From Bugula neritina (Eukaryota; Animalia; Bryozoa), in NCBI GenBank assembly GCA_964035545.1, contig OZ037768.1:18087700-18151699 (forward strand): 64,000 bases of DNA. Reading direction: 5' to 3'. The notes beneath the pieces were generated by a model. It saw only the letters and a program-made list of their open reading frames with translations, did not search any database and was not told the origin of the DNA. Of this stretch, positions 25,001-38,600 are shown piece after piece (position 1 is the first letter of the stretch; the number at the start of each line of letters is the position of its first letter). The translations under genes and the position numbers were made by a program.

Positions 25001-28000
25001 TTATATTATTATCATTATAATATATTATATAGTATTATGTGTGTTTTTATTATACTGCATAATATCTATTTTATTATTGTTGTTGTGCAAACAAGTGCAA
25101 TTAACCTAGTTTTCAAAATGTACCTCTAAATTATCAGAATGTCAGTTTAGATATTTTCATGCTTTGTAAGGTAAACCTAAAAAAAGAGGCTGTATTCCCA
25201 AAGTAAAGGGTGTTGAACTATGAACTATATTAGATTAGCCACTCTGCTACCAAGTGCATCAGTATAATATTATATGAATAGCTCTGATGCTTTGTCTCCG
25301 GTGGCTGGCTGCGATATGATAACTTGGCCAACTTCCAAGAGTTTAAAATTGGCGCAATTATTCAAGAGGTTACATACTGCACAGAGCTAGCAGTGATAGT
25401 AACCTTGCTATTGGCAGTACTTATTACAACTGCCAGCATATAAGCTGCATTGTAGAATGCCGTTGGGGTAGGCTAGTAAAACCAAATTCTGCTCTCTAAT
25501 ATACCTTAGACACAATGCAGCAACATAATTGTTCATTTCAAATTACATTGCCACCCTTACATGAGCTGTGGGCTTCATAAAGATTCATATGATTAGAGAT
25601 TTATGCTATAGGCTAGCTATGATGAAAATAACACACCATTGTCAAAGTTAACTTCAAGTATGTTGTTTTCCAGAAACTCAGTAATGTCCATTTATCTCTC
25701 GCATACAAATACTTATGTAATACCATACAGTTTAAGTTTTATTTTAGAGCACATCTGCAAACTCTACAATAAGAGCTTGCTTTACCAGTCTATTTCAGAC
25801 CTGTTTTTGTAGCTAGTAATATGCAAGCTACTTATTTTTAAACTTTTGGGTTATTTGTTCAAAACCATTAGCTTTGCTAGTAACCCGAGACTATTGCAAC
25901 AGTTGACTGCTATCAACATGAATTGACAGCCTAATAATTATAACCCATTTGCGCGCGAAATATTTATGTAATGATAGTCACTCATATAGTGCGCATCACA
26001 TTAACGACGATTGCGTGGTCCAGAGGTTAGTGGCGTCAGCGATGAGTTGGTTGGTCATGGTTCAACCCTGTTTTGTTGCATTTTTTTTTGTCAACTTATG
26101 CAAATTCTACGCACGTATAATAAATATGGCTATAATTGTAAAGTTTTTTTTTAACTTTTGTTCAACAGTAAGACAACATACATGCATAATAATTAGATAC
26201 TGAACACTGGACTAAACCTTAAATTGATCTTATAGAATACAATGTACTTAAAATAATCATGTGAATTAGAGAAACTGAAAGTACACCTGCTGTGCTATAG
26301 ACAGACCTTTACTGACAAGACTGCAAAGTGAAGTGATTTAGCTGAAATTAACTCTGCCAAACAAACAAAGAATTATGTTGTGCTGAGGCATTTTCAATAT
26401 ATTATTGTAACATAGTGAGATGATTCAGCTAAGTGCTAATGTAAAACAGGGAACATTATATTGGCAGAAATCCAATAGATTGCCAATTTGTGCGAGAGGG
26501 TACTATATGTTATTGTGATAGCGCAGAGCGGCAAACGTACAAGGAATGCTATAATTAGTCACAGGAGCGTAGCTAGAACCACCATATGAAGAATTTAGAA
26601 AATTGCAGTGAAACTTGCAAAATGGTGTATGTTTTTACCAAATTGTGAAGAGCATAAACAGAATTTCAAAAAACAAAGAAAGTATATTAGAGAAAACATA
26701 TCAAGGAATGTCAAGTTTAACTTTTAGACTTTATAAAATGAATCCCCTGTGCTACAGCAGTGGAACATGGAGGGTGTAAAATTTTACTTATTATGCAACA
26801 ACTTTCTCAGAAAATTTTTTGTTGAAAAATTAAAAAAGTATATGAAAGAGGAATGCAAGAGCTATCTTTTCATGTAAAATTTGTTAATGTGAGACAAAAA
26901 CTGTTCGAGCTATCCCCTGGAAACCGTTTATATATAACATAAAGCAGTGCCTGAATCTGGAAAGTAATGACCTTAAACCAACTGTGCTGTTATGGCGGGT
27001 GCTATACCTCTAAGAGCATAATCATTTTGGTATTCTTTTCTAAACAGTAATAGGTTGGCAGATGACGTACCTGGCACCCCAGTTGCATTGCACCAGTCTC
27101 CATTCTCCATCAATCAACACAGCGTTCCAAGTATTTCTAAATGAGTTGCCTTCAAACTTCATACCAGGTTCATAACCCACACTCTTAGATTTCCCGTTGA
27201 CTTCAGTACAGTGGAGGCCAGCATAGCTGCATGAAGTTATAATACAATACAATGCAATATACAAACAATCATAAATTGTATCATTTCCACTCAAACATAT
27301 GGATTTTTCACTGCTATGAGGTCAATTGAAAATAGTTGTTGAGAAAGTTTTTTTCCTTTAAATATAAGGTTACGTTATTATATATAATACTACTGAAAAT
27401 GGTTCTCAATAAGGATAAGGTATGTTCAGGTGAGTTAATTATAGTTGCTAAAACATATCATAAGCCCAAAAAAGCAAAGCATAAAACTGTAAAATTAGAA
27501 AAAAAACCTGCTCTCTCTCCTACATGCTAAAAAAAATTGCCTCTACTGAGATTCAAACCCGAGACCTCCAGCTTGCAAGTAGGCGCTTGCTAACCATTAA
27601 ACCGCAGGGATTACTGGGTATTCACACATGCTAGGCAATAATTTACCTGCACAAGCGTTTAAACAGAGTGTGATATGTCTCTGTTCCATACTTGATACCA
27701 CGCAGGAGGCCCATTGGCGAGTCCATTCCAGTTTCACTAAACTGTATGTTGTTCAGATCCTTGTATGTTATCCATCTGTATATGGCTCTGTAGAATTTTG
27801 CAATATGTCTTGTCACATTATTAATGTGAAGCATATATATAGTATAGAAATATATAACAACAGCTCTTGTAGTTATTTTGTATAGTTTAACCTTTGCTAA
27901 TAAAAGTAGCATCAACGATTGGTCTATTTAAATATTATTATTTGATCATCAAGTTTGATCAAAAATGGCGGAGGGCGGTGAAAAAAATTTGATCATTAAG

Positions 28001-28583
28001 TTTGAGGCCGACCAGAGCTTTATTTGTCATAAGGGAAGGTAATTTTTATTTTCAAAATTTCAAGAACCCCAATGAATCCATTATTTTATTTTGAAGAAAC
28101 GCTTTTGTTTAGAAGGCCATTTTAAACAGTGTAAAATCGGGTTTTAAAAATTAGGCATCTTTTGTTTATTTCAAACTTTTTGTACTGTGACTCCAATTAT
28201 TTTGCTACAATATTCGAGCATATTTTATTAGAGTGCAAATTATAATGACATAGTATTTATATTATTTGTAACCACATACCTTGCTTTGGACAAATCGCTC
28301 ATGAAAGGGCCCGTCAAGATATGCACCAGCTCAGTGAAAGTTGTCTGCTCATTTTCAGCAACTGTGGCCACGTGATCATCAAACACCTTGTTGAAGTCGT
28401 CATCCTCCTCGCCAGGCATGATGTCAGACTTCCTGTTTCTTGAAGCCTTGGGGGGCGGAGCTTCAGTCATGCCAATAATATCAGTCACCACTTCTTCAAT
28501 ATTCAAACTTTCCTCCCCCAAACCTTCCAGCCATTCAGCAGCCTTGAACCAAAAACATTTGCTGTAAGCAATGCTGTATATTA

Positions 28584-28650
<67 letters not shown>

Positions 28651-31600
28651 CGTTCTTTTAGTCCCTCAGCAGCAGGAGCTGGTTTAGTAAAGCATTGTTA
28701 CTAGTGAAGCACTACTATATTAGCACACTGTTTTTGTAATGCTCAGAAAATATGTTGCAGAACTGCACTGCAATAATATATATCTACAGTCTATATAATA
28801 ATATATACCTACAGTCTATGCAATAATATATATATACCTACAGTCTACACAATAATATATACCTACAATTTGCAGTATATAATATATATTAACAGTTGTA
28901 TATAATATATATTAACAGTTGTATATAATATATGTTAACAGTTGTATATAATATATGTTAACAGTTGTATATAATATATATTAACAGTTGTATATAATAT
29001 ATATTAACAGCTGTATATAATATATATTAACAGTTGTATATAAAATATATTAACAGTTGTATATAATATATATTAACAGCTGTATATAATATATATTAAC
29101 AGTTGTATATAATATATATTAACAGCTGTATATAATATATATTAACAGTTGTATATAAAATATATTAACAGTTGTATATAATATATATTAACAGTTGTAT
29201 ATAAAATATATTAACAGTTGTATATAATATATATTAACAGTTGTATATAAAATATATTAACAGTTGTATATAATATATATTAACAGCTGTATATAATAGA
29301 TATTAACAGTTGTATATAATATATATTAACAGTTGTATATAAAATATATTAACAGTTGTATATAATATATATTAACAGCTGTATATAATAGATATTAACA
29401 GTTGTATATAATATATATTAACAGTTGTATATAAAATATATTAACAGTTGTATATAATATATATTAACAGCTGTATATAATAGATATTAACAGTTGTATA
29501 TAATATATATTAACAGTTGTATATAAAATATATTAACAGTTGTATATAATATATATTAACAGCTGTATATAATAGATATTAACAGTTGTATATAATATAT
29601 ATTAACAGCTGTATATAATATATATTAATAGTTGTATATAATATATATTAACAGTTGTATATAATATAATTCATTGCGTAACTACAAGTAAATACCTAAT
29701 CTCAAAGTGAAGTTGTATTGGTTAAAGCAATTACAAAATTATAGCATGATACCCATGTAATTATACTTTTTTTAATTTCATTTTCATAAGCATGAGATAA
29801 AAGGATACATTTGCATAGTTTTGCGACCATCTTTTAAAAAGATAATTATATTAATAATGAAGAAGTGAATGTTTATAATATACATCACACATTTGTATAC
29901 AAAATTGTGCACACACGTGCATGTAGCCTACATTCAGTGTGATAGAGACAAAAGTAATTGCTGAAATTCAACTACTTATCAACAAGTCATTACTTTTTAC
30001 TCTCTAGCCATGGTCAGAATTCCTTTCAACTTTAATTTATTGCCAAATTTGTTGACACTGCTTTTGGTTGCCAAGGCAACAGATACTGTGTAGCATAGCA
30101 TTAGTTTCAGTCATACACTTGTCATACTCATTTGCATACTGTCACGCTACTGTAATAAGCACACAGCTCTTTTCACTGTCAATGAGTTGGAAGAGGGTTT
30201 AGTTTTTCAAGACCTCCACTTGATCACTGCACTAATATGCTAGTTAGATGAGGAAAGCGAGAAAAAGACAAAAAATTAATGTGTTACGGACAAACTGCAT
30301 TCAGTAAATGTAGGGCTGTGTGGTGTTTACTATGAAAAACAATGTAATCTTCAAATAGATAAAGATAAAAGAACGAAATTCTTATAAAATACACTATAAT
30401 AATTAAACATTATTAGTAGGCAGCAACTTGAATTCATATTTCCTTTAATTTTATTTGCTATGCAGCGTGTATCTGAACTAAACGGAGCGATATAAAATTA
30501 CATAGAACACGTAATTATAATTTATGATCTAGTGGAAAGATGGACTTGTACCAATAGTGAATTTTTCTAGATAAAAAGAATTCAAGGAAGGTGGTGGACA
30601 GGTTTGCATAAGTACAGGAGAGAATTGTTATTCAAAAGTACAGGGCTGGGATTAAGGATGTCTTTTCAACCAAAGAGCTTCTGGAAAAAATTATAGGAAG
30701 ATGAAAAAGTCCCAAGTCATAGGAAAAGCAGAAGCATTGTCTATACTCTATAAGAAAGCTAAAGGAAACTGCCATGCAAATTATGTACGGGGAGCAACCA
30801 TGCCACCCTTAACTTACCTCTTCTGATTCAGTGTCTCCACTGCTAGCTTTGTGCTGGTGAGAAGATAGAATATACATGTAGATATATTGTACACACTATC
30901 AACAGCTACTCTGAGAACTGGCCAACCTTACGTCACCAAAAATTTGCAGCATTTATGTATTATCAACGCTTAATCTTAATCTTAATTTAAATGTAATAAG
31001 CCTAAAGTATATAACATTATGTAGTGTTGGTTATTCTTAAACTGGCAATTGCTACAAACATTACTACAAAACGCTAATTTTCAGCTACTTTTTCAATTCA
31101 CAGACATTACGGTGAATTGTGGTTTGATTCGGGACTGTGCTATTTACATTTAGCTAGTTTTCTATTTTCTTTTACCAGTAACTTAACTAAAAAATATCAT
31201 ATAGGTGTTGAAAAAATGTGACACAAAAATAAATTTGCATGTCGAGCTACTTCAACTATCTCTCTTTCTTTAAACAAGTCAGTCTTTCACAAAAATTTGT
31301 TCCTATCACAAATTCCACGGTCTGCTACGCACCTATGCTGTAGCTAATGCTACGTTTGCTATGATAAATGTTCTAAAATCTATACTACAGTAGTTACATT
31401 GCTGCTGCTATTGCTACAACTATTTCTGCCAATAGCAATACAATAGCCTACCTTGGCATTCTCCAGCTGTTCTTGCATATCTTTAGCCAACTGCTCTTTC
31501 TGGTCTTTGATCAGTTTCAACATAACATCACCTTGTCTGTCCACCAGAGCGGATGTTTCCTACAGGTTAGTTGTGATATTTATATTTTGGATAAATTATG

Positions 31601-33964
31601 AAAATAAGAACACATTAAAATGAGCATCAATTTAAATAATATGCTACAACTAAACTACAATGTAATTGGTGTAATAACATACAAAAGCTCTATTGTAGCA
31701 ATATAAGCATATTATTTACATAATTAACTAGACTACCTCTATAATACAAGTGTCATAACATAATAATATAACACAGATAATATAATATATTAATAAAACA
31801 CATGTAAAATAATATTATACAAATAATATTATAATAATTTAATACATGTAATATAATATATTACAGAGAATAATATAATATAATGGAGGTAATATGATAT
31901 AATACAGTTGACATAATATAGTAATATAATACAGATAATATAGTGGTATAATACAGTTGATATAATATAATATAATACAGGTGTTATAATAATACAGTAA
32001 TATAATACGGATAATATATTAATTATATAATACAGGTAATATAATAACATAACAGGCAAGTAAACCTGTCACTGATAGCCTACTTACTCTCTGTTGTTTC
32101 TGTGCTACTCTCATAGTTTTATTTCTGAGACGTACGTTTTTCTTTGCATCAAAATCCTTTCTGGCTTCAGCCTTTCTCTAAAATACCGTAATACTGATAC
32201 ACATTCCTATTCTTTAATAGCAACTAACTTAGCTTTGGGATACAAACTGTATAGTTTCTTGTAGATTATAGCATCCGTGCCCTTGTATAATAGCGCACAC
32301 CTTTTGAAACTCTTTCTCATCGATACAGCTCTTCTCCCACATGGCTATCAGATCCTTGAGTTTGGACTCCCATTCCAGCTCAATCTCCTTATCAGCTTCA
32401 GTGGCCACAGCTCTCCTCTCAGCTTCAAACTTCTTAAACATGGCGTCCTCTTCTTCTTTCTGTTTTTTCTCCAGCTCTTCTTGCCGACTTCTTAGATCAT
32501 TCTGATAGTGTTGGTTTGCATCTACCTACGATTATTGATTATTGAAACATGATGTGATTTGTAAGTGTAAATGTTACAGTGTTCAGGATTTATATTGCTT
32601 GTGAGACAGCATAAAAAGTGAAAATGCGGTATTAAAGCTTTTCAAGATACAAAACCATAAATTCATGAAAAAAAATATTTGAAATGCTTGAACTTTTCAT
32701 GGCACATTTAGTTTATTTAGACCACAAACAGAAGATTGCAACTCCAGATAATAATAATGCAACTCTAGCAGACTATCCAGCTCATGCTAACAGAATTTTT
32801 GTCATAAAACAAATCTGCATTAACCAAATAAAAACAGAGAGTAATTAGTAAAGAACTTTTCACAATTAGAAACTTTGCAGTTCTCTAAATTTGTTAGAAT
32901 TACAGTGTGAAAACGAAATTTCCTTAAAAATTCAAGCCATTTATATGACAACAAGTGAAGAAAATTGGCACTTTTAGTTGATTAATATATCATCACAATG
33001 CAGGTATCTTACCAGAACAGCCGGAAAATTATTTTCCACTCCATGTAGTTTGCTGTCCTGTTTATCTTTCACCAGAGTCTGTGACTGAATGTCTCCTTGA
33101 ATGGCACAAGCATTTAAATCATAGTTGGCAGCTCGTAGCGTGGCTCTTTTACTCAGCTTCTTCTGCATGTCGCTGTATTGCTTTAATCTCATCATATTCA
33201 TAGCATCAGGACCTATGCTCCAGGACGCAGTTTTGGGCACGTGACCTGTTACATCAAACAATTCCATATTTTATGCATTTGTTATGAAGATATTTTATTA
33301 AAAAAGATTCAGCAAAAACCTAGACACTCAAGAAAACTAAATTCTATTTTTAATAATTGTAGCTCTCAATGAAAAGCTCAGTTGAGGTTTTCTTACCAGT
33401 TTACTATTATTATTTGATTGCATTTTGAGCAGCTAATCATTTAAACAAAAGCATCAAGTTTTGTTTTCAATTGCATTGAGTATAAGTTAGACTTATATAA
33501 AAATTTGAAATGTACCTAATACTAAATGTAATACTAAATATATGTTTGAAAAATACATTAGAAAAAAAACAGTAGCGCATAAAAGTCACTAAAATACTGT
33601 AATATTTACTTTTACAGTAGATCTCTGGATCACCAGGATTAGTTTTAGCACTTCTGTCATTGAGTTTCTGTCTGCAAGTTGGTTCTGCACAGCTAAAACA
33701 ATGTCTGTGGAAAGCATCTCCTTTTGTTGAACTGTAACATACATCAAAATTTTTCTCAGCCGTTGCTTATGCTATGTTTTTTTTTTAAATTAAGTTCCCT
33801 GATTATATTTTTCTTCAGTTCCATACTTACACTTGCCGCTCTGTTGCATAAACTACTTTGTCGCATCTGATACATTTATCCTTGGGTAAGGTCATGTGGG
33901 CAAATTTGTTTGCCACCTTGTTTGGCTTGACAGCATTTTCACCCGTCTTCTTCCAAGTAGCCAT
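22049..33964 (-). CDS. Hillarin-like protein (LIM domain, coiled coil, transglutaminase-like/KY-Cyk3 domain), about 13 exons, about 950 aa
   Basis: Exons 33964-33831, 33731-33610, 33245-33013, 32525-32301, 32177-32088, 31559-31452, 30853-30818, 28542-28280, 27787-27647, 27226-27071, 23949-23743, 23396-23168, 22957-22049, all phase-compatible. LIM ligands CIRC...HRHCFSC...C...YCKSH. Hillarin-type motifs KARAIYRWIT, LFKRLCSYAGL, GKSKSVGYEPG, WNAVLIDGEWRLVQCNWGAR and YDEHYFLTDP. Confidence 0.9.
24426..26986. mobile_element. 2.56-kb non-autonomous DNA transposon with long degenerate TIRs (CMC/EnSpm-like)
   Basis: Termini CACAGTTGGTTTAAGGTCAT and ATGACCTTAAACCAACTGTG, with CT flanking both ends. 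Inverted similarity continues for over 200 bp (TGCTTTATGTT, GATAGCTCGAACAG, ATGAAAAGATA, ATATACTTTTT). No transposase ORF is visible. Confidence 0.75.
27541..27610 (-). pseudogene. tRNA-derived fragment (SINE head or tRNA pseudogene)
   Basis: The minus strand TCCCTGCGGTTTAATGGTTAGCAAGCGCCTACTTGCAAGCTGGAGGTCTCGGGTTTGAATCTCAGTAGAG has A/B-box spacing, but the stems pair poorly. Confidence 0.55.
28587..28648. repeat. (TA)n microsatellite
   Basis: Direct inspection. Confidence 0.95.
28880..29668. repeat. Minisatellite with a 22-23 bp unit, about 34 copies
   Basis: Unit AATATATATTAACAGTTGTATAT with CAGCTG, AAAAT and AGAT variants. Lies in a Hillarin intron. Confidence 0.95.
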
Positions 33965-35631
33965 GTTCTCTGTCAGCTTAGGGTTGAAACAACAGCATTT
34001 AAAGGGTAGCAACTACCATCCGACTAGAATGAGTTAAAGTATACAACTGATAACTAGATGAGGGCATGTGCTTGGTAGTGAGAAGTCACATGCACCACTG
34101 AACACGGAGGTGATTAATGACTACCATTCCAATAGTCGTGACCAATTAATACTTTTTGAAAGCGGAAATGTTTCTCCGTTTGAATGACGTGACAAAACAA
34201 TACTTGGTAAAAATAGAAACCATTAAAGGCTTTAAAAATGATGTATCTAATTTTAGACAGAAAAGAGATTTGAAAATTCGATAAATGAGTATTTTATAAC
34301 CGAAATGTGACCAATAATACTCTTGCATTAAACAAGAGTAGGTAGTGAGCATACACATATATAACGTACACATACTTACTTACGCAAGTCTTGAATTAAA
34401 ATACAGCTAGCATATAATACTTTCTCGAGTAGGTTAAGCTTAACTTGCCAACACTCAAAGCAACTATGATGGATATCTTAGCCATCAGCAGATGGATAAC
34501 AAGATAACTATACTCTTTGCCAGTGCTAAGGCTTGGCGTCTACAAGCTGTCAAAACAATACAACTATCACAGCAACTATGCAGTGAAACCATTGAGATCT
34601 GCAGTTATGCATTTTCACAGTGTTGAAACCTGGGCTTTACATGGAGAAAGCAGAATAATATCATCTTGGCTTTAGGTCCTACACTCCTATATGCACACAC
34701 AATCATTTTTGCGCTAGTTTTTTCCAAATATTTAGAGAATTATACAATTAAAATATGTTTTATATATTCAACATCTATCTCGAAAATATTGTAACAATGA
34801 CATATTGCTTCTGTATCTACCCAAAGAAGTATTTTTAAAAGCAAACAAGCTATCTTATATTATCATGGCAAACAAGGAAAGTTTATTTTGACTTGCTAGC
34901 ATTATACAAAATAATAACAGTAGCTTCTAGAAATGACTACACATATAATAGTGTACATCTCATTTTATTGATTTTATGGACGAGCAGATTGGCTGTAGTT
35001 ACTGCATATTCTTATATAATATACAATAATGAACAAACTTACACTCAATTTCAATTAACAAAGCTGAAATAGCTCTAAATATTGTGTAGGAAAAACAAAC
35101 CAAACATTCTGTTACCTGATGAGAAAAAACAAGAAAACAATTTTTAACAACACATTATTTTAACTAGCATAATTCATTATAATAATAAATTATATTTACA
35201 CCTACGAAGAAAAGTGATATAATATTTCAAAGTATGTATGCCCATACATATTTCATATAAGGAATGCTACGTATGTGATTAGAATGACTTTAAATGACTA
35301 AAAAAGATTCAACAAAACCAATCATGACAACTATAGCATAAAATTATATAATTTAGACTCATGAATGAATTAGAACAAAATAATTAATTACGTATGATTT
35401 ATTAAAAATTCGACTAATAAAATATATTAATCCATCTAGCCTACACACCTACATATATAAGAAAGTTTGAGATGATAATTCCAAAAGTAGCCTTAAACAA
35501 TCATTGAGCATATAATAAATATACCTTACTATAGTATTATATATTGCTGTATATAAGGAAGAACTAAGTAGTGGCCTTTTCTATGATGAGCTAAGCTACA
35601 CAAAAATACAAGCTTATGACGCAAGTATTAC

Positions 35632-38600
35632 TCATGATTTGACATTTTCCAACACCCAGACTTGACTAGGCTTTCCAAGTATACATTTTTCTAAAACATA
35701 AAAGCAATTTGATTGACTTAAAAATGATTTATTACCTGTATGCTAAACAGAATGTTGTTTGTAAATTACATAACTTTCAAAAATTATATAACTCAGAAAC
35801 ATCATATAACTTTAAATATTATCGAATCAACATACAAATAATAAAATAATTAAAACATCAATTTTTGAAAAATAATTTTTCTGCAAAAAGCTGAAAATAT
35901 ATTAGCAGTAATGTCTATAAAGGCATTATTTAGTTAAAGACCTAAAATAGTTGGGCAGACAATTTCAAAAACAAATCCTATCAACAATTGACATTGTTGC
36001 TATTAGCAACCCATAAAGAATCTGGAAGCCAGTCATATTTTACTGTAAATAAGAGTGACTGGTTTAATTTCTATACTTAAATCACATGTAGACTATTAAC
36101 TCAACTTCCGTAAAGTTAAATACACACATAAAGTTGAAATGAACGCTAATTGCAGTGTTGAATTGGTCACCATTTAGCTAACAGCCAAATGTTCAACATG
36201 AAGTTGACATATAAAATAAATTGAGTGAAACACACCACCTTACATACCTAGAGTGAGATCCTGATGAGTTACCACCGCTAAGCATAAATTTAATGGATTA
36301 TTTTTAAGTTGCTGATCCTACAATAAATGTATACAACAATTGCAGAGCATTGCAGAAAGAACTGTATAATTAGTAACACTTCACTACACACAAATGATCT
36401 ATTGTAATAATAGGGTGTCAGTATTTACCAGTCATATAATCGTGTTACCTTACAATGGCAATTTGTAGTCGTCCTGAAATCTTGGATTAAAATTATTAGG
36501 CACTACGTTTTAGCATAATAAACAAATCACAAGTTTAAACTATAGCACAGAGTTTGTGTTCAACATGTAGTCATATATTCAACATGTAGTCATATATTCA
36601 ACATGTATTCATATATTCAACATGTAGTCATATACTCAACACGTAGTCATATACTCAACACGTAGTCATATATTCAGCACGTATTTATATATTCAACACC
36701 TAGTCATATATTCAACATGTATTCATATATTCAACATGTATTGATATATTCAACACGTAGTCATATATTCAACATGTATTGATATATTCAACACGTAGTC
36801 ATATATTCAACATGTATTGATATATTCAACACGTAGTCATATATTCAACACGTATTCATATATTCAACACGTATTCATATACTCAACACGTAGTCATATA
36901 TCCAACATGTAGCCATATATTCAACATATACTGCATAGAGTTAGCAACACCTACCCCTGCACTATACGACCATTCATTAGAATTGGCCCGGCAAGATGAT
37001 AAACGGACAGATCCACTTCCAACTATACAGATATCGTCTGCTTGTATATTACCATCAGCTGTTAAGGCAAAAGCCTGCAAATACATGAAGTTTAATGTCA
37101 TGTAAACTGGAGCAGTTCCACTATGGTAATGCATATACTGCCTTTAGATTTGTAATAATACTTCAGTAGACAAAAGACGGTCTCGCTGCGATTGGCTGGA
37201 AGAAGCAGCACAAACACTGCAGGAGAACTAAAGCATAGTAGAGCACCTGCAGGCTGAGTCATGATACAGAAACTCTCAGCTAACAATGTTCTTTCAATAG
37301 AATAGAAGCTAGTCAAAAATTCACCTGATTCCCGCCCAGACCGTGGCATTGGTACAGTGTTGCAGGCTCCCCGCCTTTCTTACCTCCTGAATCTAAGCAT
37401 TTTCTAGATTCGGGATTTTTTATCTAAAATGTTAGATCAGTCGTAAATCAACTGGCAACAGAGCCTAATACTAAGTATAAATTATGCAAGTTATGTGGTA
37501 AAGTATGTAAACTATTGATTGGTGCAATAATTACAACATGACATGGTACATTAATTTCATCAAATTAAGAGTACATTTTTGATGTAAAGCCCAAATGGTG
37601 TGATCAGCTTTCGCAAACCCTTCTAGTAGCACGACTGAAAAATTTCTTTATGAGAGACAAAAATAGTTGCTGCTAAACACTATTGACCTCTACTGAAATC
37701 AAGCCAGCTAGCTATCATATACTATATAAGTACAGTTTCCAGGTGAAAGGAAAATGTGTATACAAGTGATCTCTTAAATCAAAACTATTTAAATCAGGGC
37801 TGTCCAACTGGCCCCCAGCCTACATTTATGTGGCCTTCAAAGGCACAAAGCTAAAATTACTTCTCACACTACACATTAATTAGAGTGTAAAACCACTTTT
37901 TAAATGTCTTATTTATACACATGCTACAGAACATGCAGCCTGCAGTAACTATTGGGACTTGATTGTGTAATGATTGATGATTCATAAGAATTTGAAATAA
38001 AATAATTTGAAAATTACTAATACTGTGGCTCCCAGCACAAGCTAAAGTTTACAATGTGGCCCTCGCCATAAAATATTCCCTTTCAGTGGCCCTTGCTCTG
38101 AAAAGGTTGGACACCCCTGATTTAAATATAAGCTTTGGTTGATGAAACGCCAAGCCAAGAACCAGGCAATGCCTATTTAACAGACAACAAGATGTAAAAA
38201 CTCAAGTTTTAAAAAAATTTTAGCCAATTGTGTTTCAGAGTTCAACTGACCTGCCCTAAGGCTATATAATTGAGGGGTATGTTAGATTCTGGATATATAT
38301 TCTCTAGGTACCACTTAAATGATTTACACTGCAACTTTTCTCGGAGCTTCAGTCGTTCAGTCATATCACCGGGATCTGTGTCTTTAACTCCTGGAAAATG
38401 CGCCACATTATAATGTATGCATAAAACCAACGTGTTCGACCTTAAACATGCTTTATATGTCAGTTTCAACAAACAGCACCAACTTTGTACAGGCGTATAC
38501 TGCTTGGATGCTATTATAATAATATTTATGCTTCAATTATTAAGGTAAGAGCCTCTAAAATCTGGAGTATCATTAAAATGTGATAAACACGACATTGTAC

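Noticed and set aside
27541-27610. Functional tRNA-Ala(TGC)
   Set aside because: The acceptor and anticodon stems pair poorly and the B-box is mutated, so I kept it only as a tRNA-derived relic.
28880-36930. The two minisatellites as CRISPR-like arrays
   Set aside because: The units are head-to-tail with no unique spacers, in eukaryotic introns, with no cas genes.
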